Position numbers and translations under genes: made by a program. From assembly GCA_963931495.1 (NCBI GenBank), contig OZ007020.1, positions 900,001 through 932,000 on the forward strand: a DNA stretch of 32,000 nt, written 5' to 3'. The stretch comes from an uncultured Alphaproteobacteria bacterium (GTDB lineage: Bacteria; Pseudomonadota; Alphaproteobacteria; Rs-D84). This document shows positions 8,246 to 16,899 of the stretch, piece by piece. Below the pieces are notes generated by a model. It saw nothing but the letters and a program-made list of their open reading frames with translations. It made no database searches and was not told the origin of the DNA. Every line of letters starts with the position of its first letter. Positions within the stretch are counted from its first letter, which is position 1.

Positions 8246-8836
8246 GTGATGTTTAATGATTCTGAACATATTGTTGCAATCTTTGCAATTGGTCCATACG
8301 ACACTATCGGCACAGATAATAAATTGCCGTGGCATTCTGATAAAGATTTTTATTTTTTCAAAAAAGCAACTATGAACCATCCGTGTATTTTTGGGACAAC
8401 AACTTTTTATAACTTGCCACATTACCCATTGTGCAGTCGGGGAAATATTGTATGCAGTCGCAAATTCCCAAAATTCCAACCAATGCCGACAGATAATGGA
8501 ACAAAATATATAAAAACAAACTCAATAGAAAACGCAATCAAAATCAGCCGCATAATATACCCATATAAAACAATATTTGTCTGTGGCGGTGCCAGTATTT
8601 ATAAATATGTAATTGATAAAAAAATTTCAGATGTGTTGTATGTATCTGAAATTTATTCAGACGCATTGGCAACAGATGTACAACATAATCCAGAAAAATA
8701 TACATATTTTCCGACGGATTTTCGTCAGGATTATGTTCAGTCTGATGTATTAAATGTAAATGGTGCGAACTGGCCACCAGAACACAATGACATTAATGTA
8801 AAAATATCGCGGTGGATACGCAAAAAATCCAGATAA
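8246..8836 (+). CDS. folA: Dihydrofolate reductase-like protein (divergent)
   Basis: IGTDNKLPWH...DFYFFKKAT...IFGTTTF...FVCGGASIYKYVI follows the DHFR pattern. The start is GTG 8246 or ATG 8249. Confidence 0.65.
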   Translation: MMFNDSEHIVAIFAIGPYDTIGTDNKLPWHSDKDFYFFKKATMNHPCIFGTTTFYNLPHYPLCSRGNIVCSRKFPKFQPMPTDNGTKYIKTNSIENAIKISRIIYPYKTIFVCGGASIYKYVIDKKISDVLYVSEIYSDALATDVQHNPEKYTYFPTDFRQDYVQSDVLNVNGANWPPEHNDINVKISRWIRKKSR

Positions 8837-8854
8837 ATATCGGCACACAAAAAC

Positions 8855-8883
8855 AAAAATCCCGCGGAAATCCGCGGGTTTAT
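8855..8883. terminator. Bidirectional intrinsic terminator (DHFR-like gene on +, tRNA-Lys on -)
   Basis: cccgcgg (8861-8867) pairs with ccgcggg (8872-8878), flanked by an A-run on the left and ttta on the right. Confidence 0.6.
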
Positions 8884-8885
8884 CG

Positions 8886-8961
8886 TGGTGGGGACACAGG
8901 GACTCGAACCCTGGACCCAATGATTAAAAGTCATTTGCTCTACCAACTGAGCTATGTCCCC
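8886..8961 (-). tRNA. tRNA-Lys (anticodon UUU), CCA encoded
   Basis: The reverse complement GGGGACATAGCTCAGTTGGTAGAGCAAATGACTTTTAATCATTGGGTCCAGGGTTCGAGTCCCTGTGTCCCCACCA folds into a canonical cloverleaf. Confidence 0.92.
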
Positions 8962-9165
8962 AAAACTGAACCGGAACAAAGAACCCAATGGGTTCTTTTT
9001 CCAAGGTTCGGGGCAAATTTTGCCATATAAAAAATAAAAAATCAAGAAAAAATGGATTTTTTCTGTTTTTTGGCCACTGTGTAAAAAATGCCATTGATTT
9101 TTATACCACGACGACAAATAATAGAAATGCTGTACCAGGGTCGGAAAACGCCAAAGCATAACATC

Positions 9166-9933
9166 ATGACGCGATATATTGATGCACATTGTCATTTGCA
9201 AAACAACACATCACAAAATGTCACAGACGTAATATCCAGTGCAGTTGCACAAAACATTGTTGGGTTTGTGTGCAATGCGACCAATCCAGACGATTGGGAT
9301 TCTGTATTAAATCTGGGGAAAATGTGCGCATCGGTATATGGATGCATTGGTATACATCCGTGGCACATTGATAATTTAACACCGAATTGGCACACCCGAA
9401 TGATTGAAATCTTGGCCCAGCATCCAGAATTAATGATTGGTGAAATCGGACTGGATAATTCGCGTCCGAATATAGATGCCCAGCAAAAAGTATTCATGGC
9501 CCAAATGGATATCGCACATATTATGGGACGCGTTGTGCATATTCATTGCGTTCATGCCATAGACAAGATGTTACACATATTCCGACATCGCCACGGAATG
9601 ATGCCACCGGCAATTGTTATGCATTCTTTTTCCGGCCCTGCGAATGTGATTGACCGATTAATAAATGAATATAATGCGTATTTTTCATATTCACCAATGA
9701 TACATGATTCGCGGCGACGTGGAATGCGCGCGGCATTATGCGCCACCCCAAACAACAGAATTTTGGCCGAAAGCGACTGTGAAAATCCGCTGCGCGTACT
9801 GGATGTCGTAAACACGATATCAGAAGTAAAATCCACAGATGTTGCACAAATGGCAGATATAATATACAGTAACACTCACCAGGCATTAAAAAATGGACCG
9901 ACTGAACCGAACACGTTTATTATTGGGAAATGA
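9166..9933 (+). CDS. TatD-family metal-dependent hydrolase/DNase
   Basis: N-terminal YIDAHCHL, plus GEIGLD and HIHCV motifs. Start moved to ATG 9166 so the protein begins just before the HxH motif. Confidence 0.8.
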   Translation: MTRYIDAHCHLQNNTSQNVTDVISSAVAQNIVGFVCNATNPDDWDSVLNLGKMCASVYGCIGIHPWHIDNLTPNWHTRMIEILAQHPELMIGEIGLDNSRPNIDAQQKVFMAQMDIAHIMGRVVHIHCVHAIDKMLHIFRHRHGMMPPAIVMHSFSGPANVIDRLINEYNAYFSYSPMIHDSRRRGMRAALCATPNNRILAESDCENPLRVLDVVNTISEVKSTDVAQMADIIYSNTHQALKNGPTEPNTFIIGK

Positions 9934-10570
9934 CGCGGTAAAAAAACTGGCCGATGCGACCGTAATGATTGTTGGTTGTGGCGCGGTTGGGTCTTTTTCC
10001 GCCGAAGCATTGGCACGCACCGGTGTCGGACACATGATACTGGTGGATTTTGATGTCATAGAAGAATCAAATATAAATCGGCAATTGTTTGCACTGGGAT
10101 CAACCATCGGCATGGCAAAGGTTGACGCTGCCGCCGCGCGAATTCGCGACATTAACCCAAAAGCGGATGTGACAACATTAAATTTATTTTGGGATAATGG
10201 AACCGATATTCCGCAAAGACCCGATTTTGTAATTGACGCAATTGATTCTGTGGATTCAAAAATCGCATTATATAAATGGTGTAATCGTTTCGGCATTCCG
10301 TTTATATCCAGCATGGGTGCCGCACGCCGGTGCGATATGTCCAATATTAAAATCGCACCAATATCAAAAACATCTGTGTGTCCGTTGGCGGCACGCATTC
10401 GCAAAATTGTGCGCACAGAAAATATACCTGAATTTGATGTTGTGTATTCAACCGTACCGCCCATGGCCGGAACAATGCCGGGACGTACGTTTGGGTCACT
10501 GGTTACTGTTACTGGGACATTCGGTTTAATGATGGCAAATTACATAATTAATAAAATAATACACCAATAA
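9893..10570 (+). CDS. tcdA: tRNA threonylcarbamoyladenosine dehydratase (TcdA/CsdL, ThiF family)
   Basis: RTRLLLG...VMIVGCGAVGSFSAEALARTGVGHMILVDFDVIEESNINRQ ThiF/E1-like Rossmann motif. Overlaps the TatD 3' end by 41 nt. Confidence 0.8.
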   Translation: MDRLNRTRLLLGNDAVKKLADATVMIVGCGAVGSFSAEALARTGVGHMILVDFDVIEESNINRQLFALGSTIGMAKVDAAAARIRDINPKADVTTLNLFWDNGTDIPQRPDFVIDAIDSVDSKIALYKWCNRFGIPFISSMGAARRCDMSNIKIAPISKTSVCPLAARIRKIVRTENIPEFDVVYSTVPPMAGTMPGRTFGSLVTVTGTFGLMMANYIINKIIHQ

Positions 10571-10656
10571 CATTTGCGGCAACGCACATGCGTATATATA
10601 CATAAAGCCCGCGGATTTTCAGCCCCAGGAACCTTTTCCTAATCCCGTTATTACAA

Positions 10657-10685
10657 TTGCAACCGGTAATAAAACCAGGTATAAT
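10657..10685 (+). promoter_or_regulatory. Sigma70-type promoter TTGCAA-17 bp-TATAAT
   Basis: ttgcaa 10657-10662, tataat 10680-10685, about 50 nt upstream of the DUF378 start. Confidence 0.5.
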
Positions 10686-10738
10686 TTATATTGTCTTGGA
10701 AAAGAGACAAATGTCAATCTTGGAAAAGGAGAAGAGAG

Positions 10739-10951
10739 ATGAGAGGACTGACAACATACTTGTTAATACCATTAACCGTTATCGGTGCCCTGAACTGGGG
10801 GCTGGTCGGGCTGTTTGGTTTTGACCTGGTTGCGTTCATATTTGGGCCAGCCACAATCGCCAGCAGTATCGTATACAGCCTTATCGGTATTGCGGCATTG
10901 GTGTGGGTTATCTGGATATTTATTGACAGATCATCACATCATGAACGTTAA
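10739..10951 (+). CDS. DUF378 small membrane protein
   Basis: IGALNWGLVGLFGFDLVAFIFG motif. AAGGAGAAG RBS before ATG 10739. Confidence 0.75.
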   Translation: MRGLTTYLLIPLTVIGALNWGLVGLFGFDLVAFIFGPATIASSIVYSLIGIAALVWVIWIFIDRSSHHER

Positions 10952-10985
10952 GCGATAAAACAATCGCACCAAAGATTCATGTCAT

Positions 10986-11011
10986 ACGCCCCAATCGGGG
11001 CGTGTTTTTTT
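10986..11011. terminator. Intrinsic terminator between convergent genes
   Basis: acgcccc (10986-10992), loop aatc, ggggcgt (10997-11003), followed by a T-run. Confidence 0.65.
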
Positions 11012-11027
11012 GTTCTGGGATACCACA

Positions 11028-13913
11028 TTAATCCACCGCGTGATACGTTTTGCCGTCATATTGGATGTTCAGTGTTCCCGCACCACTTTCCAATATGCCA
11101 TAGCATACACCACCACCAGTACCAATGTTCAACGATGGCGTGGATAATGCCGAACTGTACAACGGTATCGTCACACCATTGCCCGTACGCAGACTGGTCA
11201 CACCCAGTGTACATAACTGGCTGCACGTGTTCGTCCCCGTCAGATTATACCCATCGTCACAAACCGTCGTATATGTGCAACTGGCGGGATAATTGACACT
11301 ATCACTGACTGGGGTATTCACACCACCAACAATACTTTGACTGATGCAATTTTTTGCACACCCTGCTTCACTGGTTGCCGCCGGGCCATCACGATACCCG
11401 TCTGGGCACTGGGTCGGTGCGGTCGCCCCGGCCCCAGACCAATTGCCCGTCCCAACAGAAACACATAAATTGCTTTTCAAATCCGCCGCAGATGCCGCCC
11501 ATATCTGGTTATTTCCATTTGGGTTATAGTATGATGCAGCGCATACAGTGCCATTTACCACATTTGTGCACCAATCGTCACCACACCCATCTTTAACCCC
11601 ATAATCACCCTCGCAATATCCGCAGCTGTACGCATAACTGCCTGTTATTGCGGCTTCGGAAAAAGAAGCGCGACAACCATAAACCATATTATGCACATCA
11701 TCACTCGTCCAATACCAATAACTGGTTACCAACCCTGCATACTCTGTTGCGGTTGGACATTGCTTGCAACTGCTGGCGCCATCGGTATCTGAATATGTTG
11801 CGCCTGTGCACTTATTACAACTAGACGTGTTGCCATAGTACACGGTATGTGCCGGATTCCAATACCCCGCCGTACATGTTGATTGCGTTGAACTGTTTGC
11901 TGTCTTAATATAATTACCCGCAGATACATTAATATAACACGAACCAATGCCACCCGTTGTACCGTTCGCAGATGTATACCCCGTCGGGCATTTTTCACAA
12001 CTGTTACCGTTCTTGTAATATCCCGCCTGGCACGCCGATGCCACTACTGTTCCGCCACTGCACGAACCCCACGAACTGCACCCCGTGCATTGCGATGCAC
12101 TGGTTGCACCCGCCGGCCCACCGGTATGTTTACCAGTACATTTTTGCGTTGCACCACTGATTGTACCCGCCGTGGCGTGCGCGTTACTTAATTCCGTGCT
12201 GGTCGCACTGCGCGAACACGATTGTGATAAATCCGTCGCACTGATACTGGTACAAGATGAACAGCCCGTTGCCGCAGTCGCGCCATTATATGTTCCAGGG
12301 CTGCATGCCGTACAACTGGTCGCATAAGTATAACTGCCATCTTGTCCTGGTGCCTGACTGCCAATATTACCAACCTGGGCCGTATATGTTCCTGGACTGC
12401 ATGGTGTACATGAATTAGTAAATCCCGATCCCATAGATACAGATTGATTTATATAATACCCCGCATTACATTCAGAAAAATGTTTGTTGTTTTCACAATT
12501 ATTATAAACCTGGGTTGAACTGTCATAGTAGCACTTGCCAGGTACCCGATAAAAACCCTTGTATTGAAATTCAAATGTCCAATAATCATCCACATCGCTA
12601 TCCAAATAACACTGGGTTGCTGCACTGGCCCCCGCTGGACTGCGTAACACGGCCGCACCATTATACGAATAGAATTTAGATGACGATGTCGGGGGGCATG
12701 AATAACGTGTGCTGTTATTGCAATAATATCCACTTTCGCACAATTTGCACGAATTACCGTTCTTGTAATATCCCGCCGAACATGATGTAATGGTTAATGT
12801 GCCGCCACTGCACGTACCCCAACTGCTGCAACCCGTGCATTGCGATGCACTGGTTGCACCCGCCGGCCCACCGGTATGTTTACCAGTACACTGTTGCTTC
12901 GCACCGCTGATTGTACCCGCCGTGGCGTGCGCATTGCTTAATTCCGTGCTGGTTGGATTGCGTGAACATGATTGTGACAAGTCCGTCGCACTGACACCCG
13001 TACAGGCCGGACAGCTGCTGCCGCTTTTGTAATATCCTGAGTTACAAGATATGCTGATTGAACATGTGGATGACGCCGCACTGCACGAACCACCGTAATA
13101 TTGGGTACCACTGGTAGATGAACTGCCATGGCGACAGGTCGCATTTGGCGGACATATCTGTCGCGTACAGGATTTGGTACATGATCTATAGCATGCGCCC
13201 GCACCGTTGGAATTACCATTCGCAGATGACGTATAACCCAAACTGCTGCATGTTGCACAGCTGTTGCCGTTCTTGTAATATCCCGCCTGGCACGCCGATG
13301 CCACTACTGTTCCGCCACTGCACGAACCCCACGAACTGCAACCCGTGCATTGCGATGCACTGGTTGCGCCAACCGGCCCACTGGTATGTTTACCAGTACA
13401 CTGTTGCTTCGCGCCACTGATTGTACCCGCCGTGGCGTGTGCGTTGCTTAATTCCGTGCTGGTTGGATTGCGGGAACATGATTGTGATAAATCCGTCGCA
13501 CTGATACTGCTGCATGTTGAACAACTGTTACCGGCATCATAACCATTTAAGTAATACCCTGGCGAACATGATGTAATGGTTAATGTACCACCACTGCACG
13601 TACCCCAACTGCTGCACCCGGTGCACGACCCAGAGCCAGCTGTTCCGCCCGCACCACCGGTATGTTTACCAGTACACTGTTGCTTCGCACCACTGATTGT
13701 ACCCGCGTATGCGTGCGCATTGCTTAATTCCGTGCTGGTCGCACTGCGTGAACATGATTGTGACAAGTCCGTCGCACTGATACTGCTGCATGTTGAACAA
13801 CTGTTACCGGCACCAGTACCATTTAAGAAATACCCGGATTTGCACGATGTATATTTCTTGGCCGACGCAGAGCATGTATACCCCGCCCCATAACCATCAG
13901 GCACAATGCACAA
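11028..13913 (-). CDS. Large (961 aa as called) Cys/Gly/Ser/Thr-rich modular surface-type protein with eukaryote-like CxxC / GYYxNG / CxxCPxGTY repeats; 5' end unresolved
   Basis: Single long ORF. A module of about 77 aa (CSTCSSISATDLSQSCSR..TSTELSNAHA.AGTISGAKQQCTGKHTGG....CTGCSSWG.CSGGT) occurs four times. CTPCSPGTY and CTACSPGTY resemble ephrin-receptor/TNFR-like Cys repeats. The called start is TTG inside a hydrophobic stretch. Confidence 0.75.
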   Translation of the reverse strand: MCIVPDGYGAGYTCSASAKKYTSCKSGYFLNGTGAGNSCSTCSSISATDLSQSCSRSATSTELSNAHAYAGTISGAKQQCTGKHTGGAGGTAGSGSCTGCSSWGTCSGGTLTITSCSPGYYLNGYDAGNSCSTCSSISATDLSQSCSRNPTSTELSNAHATAGTISGAKQQCTGKHTSGPVGATSASQCTGCSSWGSCSGGTVVASACQAGYYKNGNSCATCSSLGYTSSANGNSNGAGACYRSCTKSCTRQICPPNATCRHGSSSTSGTQYYGGSCSAASSTCSISISCNSGYYKSGSSCPACTGVSATDLSQSCSRNPTSTELSNAHATAGTISGAKQQCTGKHTGGPAGATSASQCTGCSSWGTCSGGTLTITSCSAGYYKNGNSCKLCESGYYCNNSTRYSCPPTSSSKFYSYNGAAVLRSPAGASAATQCYLDSDVDDYWTFEFQYKGFYRVPGKCYYDSSTQVYNNCENNKHFSECNAGYYINQSVSMGSGFTNSCTPCSPGTYTAQVGNIGSQAPGQDGSYTYATSCTACSPGTYNGATAATGCSSCTSISATDLSQSCSRSATSTELSNAHATAGTISGATQKCTGKHTGGPAGATSASQCTGCSSWGSCSGGTVVASACQAGYYKNGNSCEKCPTGYTSANGTTGGIGSCYINVSAGNYIKTANSSTQSTCTAGYWNPAHTVYYGNTSSCNKCTGATYSDTDGASSCKQCPTATEYAGLVTSYWYWTSDDVHNMVYGCRASFSEAAITGSYAYSCGYCEGDYGVKDGCGDDWCTNVVNGTVCAASYYNPNGNNQIWAASAADLKSNLCVSVGTGNWSGAGATAPTQCPDGYRDGPAATSEAGCAKNCISQSIVGGVNTPVSDSVNYPASCTYTTVCDDGYNLTGTNTCSQLCTLGVTSLRTGNGVTIPLYSSALSTPSLNIGTGGGVCYGILESGAGTLNIQYDGKTYHAVD
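12033..13799. repeat. Four near-identical intragenic modules of about 230 bp (13569-13799, 13293-13523, 12783-13013, 12033-12263)
   Basis: The SATDLSQSCSR-coding segment recurs at 13746-13778, 13470-13502, 12960-12992 and 12210-12242, with long flanking nucleotide identity. Confidence 0.85.
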
Positions 13914-14131
13914 CAGTAGTAATAAAGAGAAAAAAAAGTGAACGTTTAGTTACGACAATATCGGAGGGACACAATGTCGCAGATTTTCGGGATTTTTAGA
14001 AATATTGCTAAAATAACCGTTCCTTTAGATTCGGCACGGTTTTTTGCCCTGCGTCCCTTGCAGGGATATGGATTTTTTCACCTTTTTACAAGTGATTTTT
14101 TTGACGATTTGTATCTGTACAAAAAATAGTG

Positions 14132-15487
14132 TTAAAACCGCTGTTGCAACGTCAATTCCACCGACCAACGATCATATTCACGTTGCCATATATTAGAATC
14201 ACGACGAGTATAACTGAGCACCAATGCCGGAACAAAACCCAGAAAATCAAATTTATTATTTGAAACAGATACCGAATAACGCTGGGTAAAATCACGTTCT
14301 GTCATGTATGTCGGCTGTTCGTTTTGAATCGTAAACTGTTCATCACCATAAAATTGCCAATAAAACATTGGTTCAGCATAAATATTAAATCCATATGGCA
14401 ATTCCGTACCAATGCCAATACTGATACTGGGTTGAAAATACGAGTATTCTGGACGAACGGTATCTTCATATGCCACCGCGCCACGCAGTACAGTATATAT
14501 GTTTGATGTTATTGAATAAAACATATGCACAGATGCAGAATATGTGTTGCCATCCAGATATGCGGCATAATAATCATACTGGTTACTGGTGTACAATAAC
14601 GATAACCCGCCTGATAATTTGCGTGTAAAATCATAGTTTGTGTTTAATCGCACACCCGCCGACCAATTATATGCATCCCATCCATACCAACGGCGGGACG
14701 CCACACCCGCCAACCATATATCGCCATCGGACCATATATAACGTGGACCTGTGCTGGCATACAAATACAGATCATCATAGTTATGCTTGTTATAAATATT
14801 AAAATACATGCCGGCATCTGATTTCCAACGCCAACTGTTGGTTAAACGAAATTCGTAATTTCCACCCAGTTGAAAATTATACCCAAACGCAGATTCCGGC
14901 ACCGGTAAATCACGGCACCACCGCCCAAACATTTCAACACATTCTGTTCCGCCCGCCGCATTATTTACGTTGTTGTCAGGCGCCGCACCAAAATTAAACC
15001 AAACATTCCAATTTTTATTCTGGCGAATGACAAATCGGTAAAAGTTCATCATCTGGCGAACATTTTCTGGCAAATCGTCACCCGCCATTGCCAAACGTAA
15101 TTGATAGTCTGCCCGATACCACTGTTCTGTCTTCATATAACATACCGCCAATTCAAAGCGGACCCGCGCCAAGTCTGGATGCGCGTCCAGAATTGTACGA
15201 TATATACTTATTGCAGAATCAAAATCACCACGAAATGCCGCAATTCGCCCCAGTAAAAACCAACGTTCCAGTTCCAGTGGCCCACCACCCAAATTCGGTA
15301 TTTTTGTTAATATTTGTTCCGCCGTATCCAGATTGCCAGAATCAACCATATCGCCAGCCATCTTTACCGCGTCCAGCGCAGACATCGTAATTTCCGTGGT
15401 ACCATCAGATTTTTTTACTGATGAAATTTCTGCCCGAACTATGCCGGGCAGAATCGCAATAATCAAAATCAATATTATCTGTTTCAA
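14132..15487 (-). CDS. Surface lipoprotein assembly modifier (Slam; TPR N-domain + DUF560 beta-barrel)
   Basis: Signal peptide MKQIILILIIAILPGIVRA, TPR-like helices (FRGDFDSAISIYRTILDAHPD), and a long aromatic-rich beta-barrel region ending LTLQQRF. TTG start 2 nt after the upstream stop. Confidence 0.65.
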   Translation of the reverse strand: MKQIILILIIAILPGIVRAEISSVKKSDGTTEITMSALDAVKMAGDMVDSGNLDTAEQILTKIPNLGGGPLELERWFLLGRIAAFRGDFDSAISIYRTILDAHPDLARVRFELAVCYMKTEQWYRADYQLRLAMAGDDLPENVRQMMNFYRFVIRQNKNWNVWFNFGAAPDNNVNNAAGGTECVEMFGRWCRDLPVPESAFGYNFQLGGNYEFRLTNSWRWKSDAGMYFNIYNKHNYDDLYLYASTGPRYIWSDGDIWLAGVASRRWYGWDAYNWSAGVRLNTNYDFTRKLSGGLSLLYTSNQYDYYAAYLDGNTYSASVHMFYSITSNIYTVLRGAVAYEDTVRPEYSYFQPSISIGIGTELPYGFNIYAEPMFYWQFYGDEQFTIQNEQPTYMTERDFTQRYSVSVSNNKFDFLGFVPALVLSYTRRDSNIWQREYDRWSVELTLQQRF

Positions 15488-15489
15488 TG

Positions 15490-16767
15490 TTAATGAACAC
15501 CAAACACCATATCCATTTTAACGCCATCCGCACCTTCGTCAAATGTAACGGTACCAATCGCCTCGGTCGGGGTGCCGGCGTTACCATATGGTCCATAATA
15601 TTGAACGTTCATTTTACCATCCGAAATTACCAAATTTCCCGTTTCATCTGGTTGCGTGGTTAACCGCATATCATATGCCCCATTTGGTTTATACTGGGTA
15701 AATTTCATATTTGTACCGTCCGCATTTTGTGTTACATTAACATCATACCAATTATTAAATTCGGCAAACAGGTTTGTTTCTTTGGCATCTGTATCAAATG
15801 TCAATGTTGCCAAACCATCCAATGTTAACCGACCGCCGCCATCCTTGCCAGATTTAACCAATCCAATCGCACGACCAGAAAAATTAACGTCAGTGGTCAC
15901 AGTGGCAATATTCTTGGATTCATATCCGCCAGTGAAAATCACATATGCGTTATCAGGGTCATCAACATAGACAATGTCGGGTAATGTCTGGTGCACAATG
16001 TTATAAAAACCAAAGTCAGAATACTGTAACCCCATGTCTTTACCGATGGAATTATATGTTAACTTTGACATGCGCCCGGCATCGGTATCGCTGTGCCAAA
16101 ACTGATACGAACCAGTTACGTACCCATCAGAATTATGTAATGTTTCGTACGTTGTGCCGTCATCAGAACCATCAGATATTGTAACCGATATAATATCGCC
16201 CAACGCATCAACACCAAATGTTAACTGTTTACCGTTTATATCGGTCATTTTGGCATCGGTTATATCCAACACATCCGCATTTTCTAATATTTCAGCAACA
16301 TTAACCGCGTATTGTAATCCGTCACGCCAATTTGTAAAACATGCCACAGTGGACGATGCGCTGGCCCCATTAAAGCAATTACCAAGTTCCTGGTTTATAA
16401 CAAACATTGCCGCGTGCAATACATCTGCGTCTTGTTCAAAAAATTCAGAAATTTGCTTGTCAGTGGCATTTGTTAATTGAACCGCCATCTGGGCAATATC
16501 CATATAATCATTCGTGGATATATTATCCGAACTGAATTTCTTTAACCGCGCCGTGATATATTTTTTTACCTGGTCATCGTTCTTGGTAATCATACCGGTA
16601 ATTTCAGCGTTTTCATCGGACACAGTGTCTTTATATGGCGTATCCTGGATTTGCGGGTAATAATCAGGGCGTTCCTTGTACGGGTCGTACGACAAACTGC
16701 CCCCGATGTTGCCATCACTGCACGCCGCAATCAACAACACAGGTAATAAATATAAAATATTTCTCAT
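15490..16767 (-). CDS. Surface lipoprotein with a TbpB/fHbp-like C-terminal beta-barrel (likely Slam substrate)
   Basis: Lipobox LLIAAC. The C-terminal pattern FSGRAIGLV...LTLDGLATLTFD...MNVQYYGPYGNAGTPTEAIGTVTF...MVFGVH resembles the TbpB-type lipoprotein barrel. AAGGAA RBS. Confidence 0.6.
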   Translation of the reverse strand: MRNILYLLPVLLIAACSDGNIGGSLSYDPYKERPDYYPQIQDTPYKDTVSDENAEITGMITKNDDQVKKYITARLKKFSSDNISTNDYMDIAQMAVQLTNATDKQISEFFEQDADVLHAAMFVINQELGNCFNGASASSTVACFTNWRDGLQYAVNVAEILENADVLDITDAKMTDINGKQLTFGVDALGDIISVTISDGSDDGTTYETLHNSDGYVTGSYQFWHSDTDAGRMSKLTYNSIGKDMGLQYSDFGFYNIVHQTLPDIVYVDDPDNAYVIFTGGYESKNIATVTTDVNFSGRAIGLVKSGKDGGGRLTLDGLATLTFDTDAKETNLFAEFNNWYDVNVTQNADGTNMKFTQYKPNGAYDMRLTTQPDETGNLVISDGKMNVQYYGPYGNAGTPTEAIGTVTFDEGADGVKMDMVFGVH

Positions 16768-16899
16768 GCTGGATTCCTTTCAAATGCAATGGTATAAACA
16801 TTACACGTGTTTATCAAGCGTAAAATATCATGGGTGCCAGCGCACATGGATGACCCAATGATTCAGACAATATATGTATTAAAATTTCCAACATGAAAA

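Noticed and set aside
9046-9065. Perfect AT-only inverted repeat agaaaaaat-gg-attttttct upstream of the TatD gene
   Set aside because: A pure A/T stem would be thermodynamically weak, and such repeats arise easily in AT-rich intergenic DNA. There is no supporting context.
8737-9201. ORF of 154 aa (minus) and ORF 8812..9030 (plus)
   Set aside because: Both read straight through the tRNA-Lys gene and its terminators, so they are artefacts.
11028-13913. The many 60-106 aa ORFs on both strands inside the Cys-rich gene
   Set aside because: They are by-products of the repetitive GC-richer module sequence, since the same peptides recur with each module. All are nested in one long coherent ORF.
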